DNA from: Acidobacteriota bacterium
GTDB taxonomy: Bacteria > Acidobacteriota > Blastocatellia > Pyrinomonadales > Pyrinomonadaceae
Direction of reading: 5' to 3'
NCBI GenBank assembly: GCA_019239425.1
Contig: JAFAZX010000093.1
Location: forward strand, 2,932 to 66,931
DNA length: 64,000 nucleotides
Shown here: in pieces, positions 60,693 through 64,000 of the stretch
How the letters are laid out: each line of letters starts with the position of its first letter
Numbering within the stretch: the stretch's first letter is position 1
Made by a program: the position numbers and the translations under genes
Notes under the pieces: generated by a model
What the model was told of the DNA's origin: nothing
What the model saw: the letters and a program-made list of their open reading frames with translations, nothing else
Database searches by the model: none

Positions 60693-60920
60693 TCACATCG
60701 GGCCGCCGGTCTCGCTGCCGTCGGCGCGGCCTTCGCCACCGGCGTCGGGTTTGGGGGAGGAGCCTTCGAGCGCGCTGCCGGTGCCACTGCCCGAGCCGCC
60801 CGTGCTCACCTTCTCGTTCTCTTCGATGTCGCTCAGCGTCTCGGAACTCGTCGCCTCCGCGTCGCGCTCGGGCGTGCCGCCGCTTTCGGTCGAAGCCTTC
60901 GGGTCTTGCGTCTCTTCCAT
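60693..60920 (-). CDS. Small acidic Gly/Ser/Thr/Glu-rich hypothetical protein
   Basis: Strong GAGGAGGG SD about 8 nt upstream of the ATG. High GC3. 75 aa. Confidence 0.55.
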   Translation of the reverse strand: MEETQDPKASTESGGTPERDAEATSSETLSDIEENEKVSTGGSGSGTGSALEGSSPKPDAGGEGRADGSETGGPM

Positions 60921-60935
60921 CCGAACCCTCCTCGG

Positions 60936-61559
60936 TCAGTAGTAGAGTAGGTGTAGCGTGACGAGCAGAGACATCGTCGCCGCCGCGTAGAAGCCGGCGA
61001 GCATGTCGTCGGCCATAATCCCGAGCCCACCGCCCAGGCCTTCCAGCCTCCTGACCGGGTACGGCTTCCAGATGTCGAAGACGCGGAAGGCGACGAAGCC
61101 CGCGACGACCGTCCAAGTCCACGTCGTCTGCCACGGCACGAACAGGAACGCGATGAGCTGCCCCGCCACCTCGTCCACGACGACCGCGCCCGGGTCTTTC
61201 TTCCCCAGAAGCTTCTCCGCCCGCGTCGCCGCCCAAGTCCCGACGAGCGCGACGAGGAGGATGGCGAGCAGCAACACCGTCGTCAGCACGGCCGGGAACT
61301 GCTGCGGCGAGAGGTCTAGCCCGCGCCTGACCCCGTAGTCGAAGACGCGCTCCGAAAGGTGCCCGAGCCCGAGGTAGGCCGCGACGCCGACGCCCGAGCC
61401 CCAAGTCCCCGGCGCGACGGGGATGAGTCCCACGCCGCACGTCGCGAGCGCCAACGCGAGGTAGTCTCCCGCACTCCGCCTCCGCTCCGGCACCACGATG
61501 TGTGCCGGCTCGACTACCGGGTGTGCCAGCGAGTCGCTGGATTCCTTGGGCTTGGTCAT
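60936..61559 (-). CDS. pgpA: Phosphatidylglycerophosphatase A
   Basis: PGTWGSGVGV...FRVFDIWKPYPV...GGLGIMADDMLAGFYA. Confidence 0.85.
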   Translation of the reverse strand: MTKPKESSDSLAHPVVEPAHIVVPERRRSAGDYLALALATCGVGLIPVAPGTWGSGVGVAAYLGLGHLSERVFDYGVRRGLDLSPQQFPAVLTTVLLLAILLVALVGTWAATRAEKLLGKKDPGAVVVDEVAGQLIAFLFVPWQTTWTWTVVAGFVAFRVFDIWKPYPVRRLEGLGGGLGIMADDMLAGFYAAATMSLLVTLHLLYY

Positions 61560-61579
61560 GGGGAGATTGTAGCCGACTT

Positions 61580-62929
61580 CTAAACTATACGGCCGACGAG
61601 GTCGTACTCCTGCGCCTCCGTGAGCTCGACGTTGACGAACTGGCCCGGCTCGGGCGTGAAGCCTTCGGGCGCGTCGTTGATGAGGACGCAGCCGTCGATG
61701 TCGGGCGCCTGCGTCTGCATGCGCCCCTGCCAGAGCAGGTCGGTCTCTTCGGACGCGCCCTCGAAGAGCACGCGCACCGTGTCGCCGACGCGCGCGCGAT
61801 TCTTCTTCAGGGAGATGCGCGACTGCGCGCGCATCAGCTTCGCGCGGCGCGCGCGCGCGACTTTTGCGTCCACCTTGTCCGAGAGGTCGAAGGCCGGCGT
61901 GCCCTCCTCGTCCGAGTAGGTGAAGACGCCGACGCGTTCGAACTCGACGTTCCTGACGAAGGTCAACAGCTCCGCGAAGTCCTCTTCGGTCTCGCCGGGG
62001 AAGCCCGTGATGAAGGTCGTGCGGACGGCGATGCCGGGCACCGTACGCCGCACGCGCTCGATGAGTCGTTCGAGACTTTCACGGCTCCCGCCGCGCTTCA
62101 TCAACTTCAGGACGTTGCGCGAGGCGTGCTGCAAAGGCATGTCGAGGTACTTCACGGCCTTCGGCTCCTCGGCCAGCACGTCGAGGAAGGCGTCGCTGAT
62201 GTGCGTCGGGTACGTGTACATCACGCGCACCCACTCGACGCCGTCTAAGTGACACAGCTCGCGCATCAGGTGCGCGAGCCCGTCCTGTTCGCCCAAATCT
62301 TCGCCGTAGCGCGACGAGTCCTGCGCGACGAGGATGATCTCCTTCACGCCCTGTTCGGCCAACTGCTTCGCCTCGGCCACGACCGAGCCGAAGCGGCGGC
62401 TGCGGAAGTGGCCGCGCATCTGCGGGATGAAGCAGAAGGCGCACGGGCGGTCGCAGCCTTCGGCGATCTTGACGTACGCGAAGTGCGAGGGCGTGGCGAG
62501 CACGCGCGGCGTGGACTCGTCGTAGAGGTACGTCGCCGTCTGGTTGCCGAGCGGCAGCACGGGAAGTGAGCGCGTGTTGACGCGCGCGTCCGCGACGGTC
62601 GTGATGTCGTTGATTTGACTCGTGCCGATGAAGGCATCAACCTCCGGCATCTCCGCGCGCAGCTCGTCCCGGTATCTCTCGACCAGGCACCCGGCGACGA
62701 CGAGCCGCTGGCACTTCCCTTCCTTCTTCAAGCGCGCGGCTTCGAGAATCGCCTCGACCGACTCCTTCTTGGCCGCGTCGATGAAGCCGCACGTGTTGAC
62801 GACGAGCGTGTCGGCCTCGGCCGCGTCGCTCGTCAGCTCGTAACCCTCCTGCTTCAGACGCCCCATCATCACCTCGCTGTCCACGAGGTTCTTCGGGCAA
62901 CCCAGGCTGATAAATCCGACTTTCTTCAT
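61580..62929 (-). CDS. rimO: Ribosomal protein S12 methylthiotransferase (radical SAM, MiaB family)
   Basis: Start moved to ATG 62929 (MKKVGFISLGCPKNLVDSE...). Radical-SAM motif CDRPCAFC. C-terminal TRAM domain. Confidence 0.9.
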   Translation of the reverse strand: MKKVGFISLGCPKNLVDSEVMMGRLKQEGYELTSDAAEADTLVVNTCGFIDAAKKESVEAILEAARLKKEGKCQRLVVAGCLVERYRDELRAEMPEVDAFIGTSQINDITTVADARVNTRSLPVLPLGNQTATYLYDESTPRVLATPSHFAYVKIAEGCDRPCAFCFIPQMRGHFRSRRFGSVVAEAKQLAEQGVKEIILVAQDSSRYGEDLGEQDGLAHLMRELCHLDGVEWVRVMYTYPTHISDAFLDVLAEEPKAVKYLDMPLQHASRNVLKLMKRGGSRESLERLIERVRRTVPGIAVRTTFITGFPGETEEDFAELLTFVRNVEFERVGVFTYSDEEGTPAFDLSDKVDAKVARARRAKLMRAQSRISLKKNRARVGDTVRVLFEGASEETDLLWQGRMQTQAPDIDGCVLINDAPEGFTPEPGQFVNVELTEAQEYDLVGRIV

Positions 62930-62945
62930 TGGTAATGCTCTGCCT

Positions 62946-63022
62946 GTGATAAGTGATAAGTGATAAGAGGAAGACAAGGCCGTCCCTGTCTTTCTCATCA
63001 CTCATCACTCATCACTCATCAC
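62946..63022. repeat. Heptamer-periodic hairpin element, GTGATAA/GTGATGA family
   Basis: gtgataagtgataagtgataagaggaagacaagg / cctgtctttctcatcactcatcactcatcactcatcac. The transglutaminase gene stop TGA (63005-63007) lies inside the right arm. Confidence 0.85.
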
Positions 63023-64000
63023 TTTCCTCAAATGGCGCTCGACCTCTTCGGCCTCGGCGCGGGTCAGGTTTTGCGCGCCGTAGCGGACGCGGTTATAGGC
63101 GCCGGTGACGGCGAGCACTTCGGGCGTGCCGACCGCCTCGGCGAATTCGAGCGGCGTCTGGTCGGCGCGGCGGACGTGACCGCGCGCGGCGAGCGCCTTC
63201 AACATGCGCTCGTAGAATTCGACGACCGCGCGGGCCGCCGCCGCGCCGTCGCGCTTCGAGCCGGCCCCGCCCGGCCTTCGGCGGCGCAGCCAAAGCAGCC
63301 CGACGCCCGCGAGCAGCACCGAGGCGGGCGCGAGCGTGAAGGGCGACGCGACGTAGCCGAGCGCCCCAGAGAGCCCGCCCCCGCCTCCGAACCATCCGGC
63401 GAGGAATGCACCCAGCCCGTCCGCGGAGTCCGACGCCGCCTGCGTGTAAGAACTGATCTGGCTTGAGATGGTTCGGGCCAGCGCGCGCTGGCCCTGCCTA
63501 TCATAGGCGACCACGTGCTGAATCCAAAACAGCTCAAGGGCGTCCGTGTAGCGTCGGAGGGCGCCCATCAGGCCCGCGCCGCTCGTGCCCGCGGCGCGGC
63601 CGTCCGAAGGCGTCGGGTCGAACGTGACCCACGAGTCCGATTCGGGGAAGTAGACCTCGACCCAGGAGTGCGCGTCGGCCTGCCGGACGGCGTAGGCGTC
63701 GGCCGCGGCGTTGTACTCGCCGGTCTGGAAGCCGTTGACGACGCGCGCCGGCACCCGCAAAGTCCGCAGCATCACGGCCATCGCCGTCGCGAAGTATTCG
63801 CAGTGGCCCGCGCGCACGTTGAAGAGGAAGTCCGAGAGCGGGTCGGGGCCCTTCGCGCGCATCTCCAAAGAATACCTGTAGTCGCCGCCGTAGGCGTTGC
63901 TGTTGAGGTGCGCCTCGATGGCGCGCGCCACGTCGTAGAAGTTTTTCGCGCGCGCCCGCGCGACGACCATCACGGCGAGGCTGCCGACGCGCGTGTCGAG
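63005..64000 (-). CDS. Transglutaminase-like cysteine protease domain protein, C-terminal part (5-prime end beyond the window)
   Basis: GHCEYFATAMAVMLR...DAHSWVEVYF...WVTFDPTP is a Cys-His-Asp transglutaminase core, followed by a TM segment and a DUF4129-like tail. Confidence 0.8.
   Translation of the reverse strand, partial: LDTRVGSLAVMVVARARAKNFYDVARAIEAHLNSNAYGGDYRYSLEMRAKGPDPLSDFLFNVRAGHCEYFATAMAVMLRTLRVPARVVNGFQTGEYNAAADAYAVRQADAHSWVEVYFPESDSWVTFDPTPSDGRAAGTSGAGLMGALRRYTDALELFWIQHVVAYDRQGQRALARTISSQISSYTQAASDSADGLGAFLAGWFGGGGGLSGALGYVASPFTLAPASVLLAGVGLLWLRRRRPGGAGSKRDGAAAARAVVEFYERMLKALAARGHVRRADQTPLEFAEAVGTPEVLAVTGAYNRVRYGAQNLTRAEAEEVERHLRKVMSDE

Overview
GC-rich bacterial chromosomal window made up mostly of housekeeping genes. 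My taxonomic guess is Acidobacteriota. That is an inference from a VWA protein resembling the 'VWFA-related acidobacterial domain' family (recalled from memory) and from the TonB/TPR/HEAT-rich content. Every gene I call between 10.0 and 46.5 kb is on the minus strand: ispE, tRNA-Gln, prs, rplY, pth, rpsF, rpsR, rplI, an intein-containing dnaB, a BamD-like gene, rpe, a kinase-less PASTA protein, rsmB, fmt, pruA, def, aroC and uvrB. The run ends with two paralogous AMIN-like/TM/HEAT-repeat giants behind an orphan OmpR-type response regulator. The right-hand part carries purC, cvpA, an HD-GYP gene, CIRCE-controlled groES-groEL, an ABC-2 exporter, the VWA protein, serA, pgpA and rimO. I saw no rRNA, CRISPR array, transposase or integrase. 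Five signals stand out. (1) About two dozen intergenic hairpin elements have arms built from tandem heptamers (GTAGGCA, GGGTGCT, GTGATGA/GTGATAA, GGTAAAT/GGTGAAT and others). They fill the intergenic spacers and abut or contain stop codons. (2) Thirteen strictly phased 21-bp direct repeats (core TGTAGAG) sit in the low-GC spacer upstream of groES, near a gene-strand switch. (3) An ArsC-family gene has an in-frame TGA exactly at the catalytic Cys position, making it a candidate selenoprotein. (4) An encapsulated-ferritin (EncFtn) homologue has no encapsulin shell gene next to it. (5) A low-GC, truncated NACHT NTPase lies at the left edge. All protein-family calls rest on my reading of motifs in the supplied or self-made translations; no database search was run.
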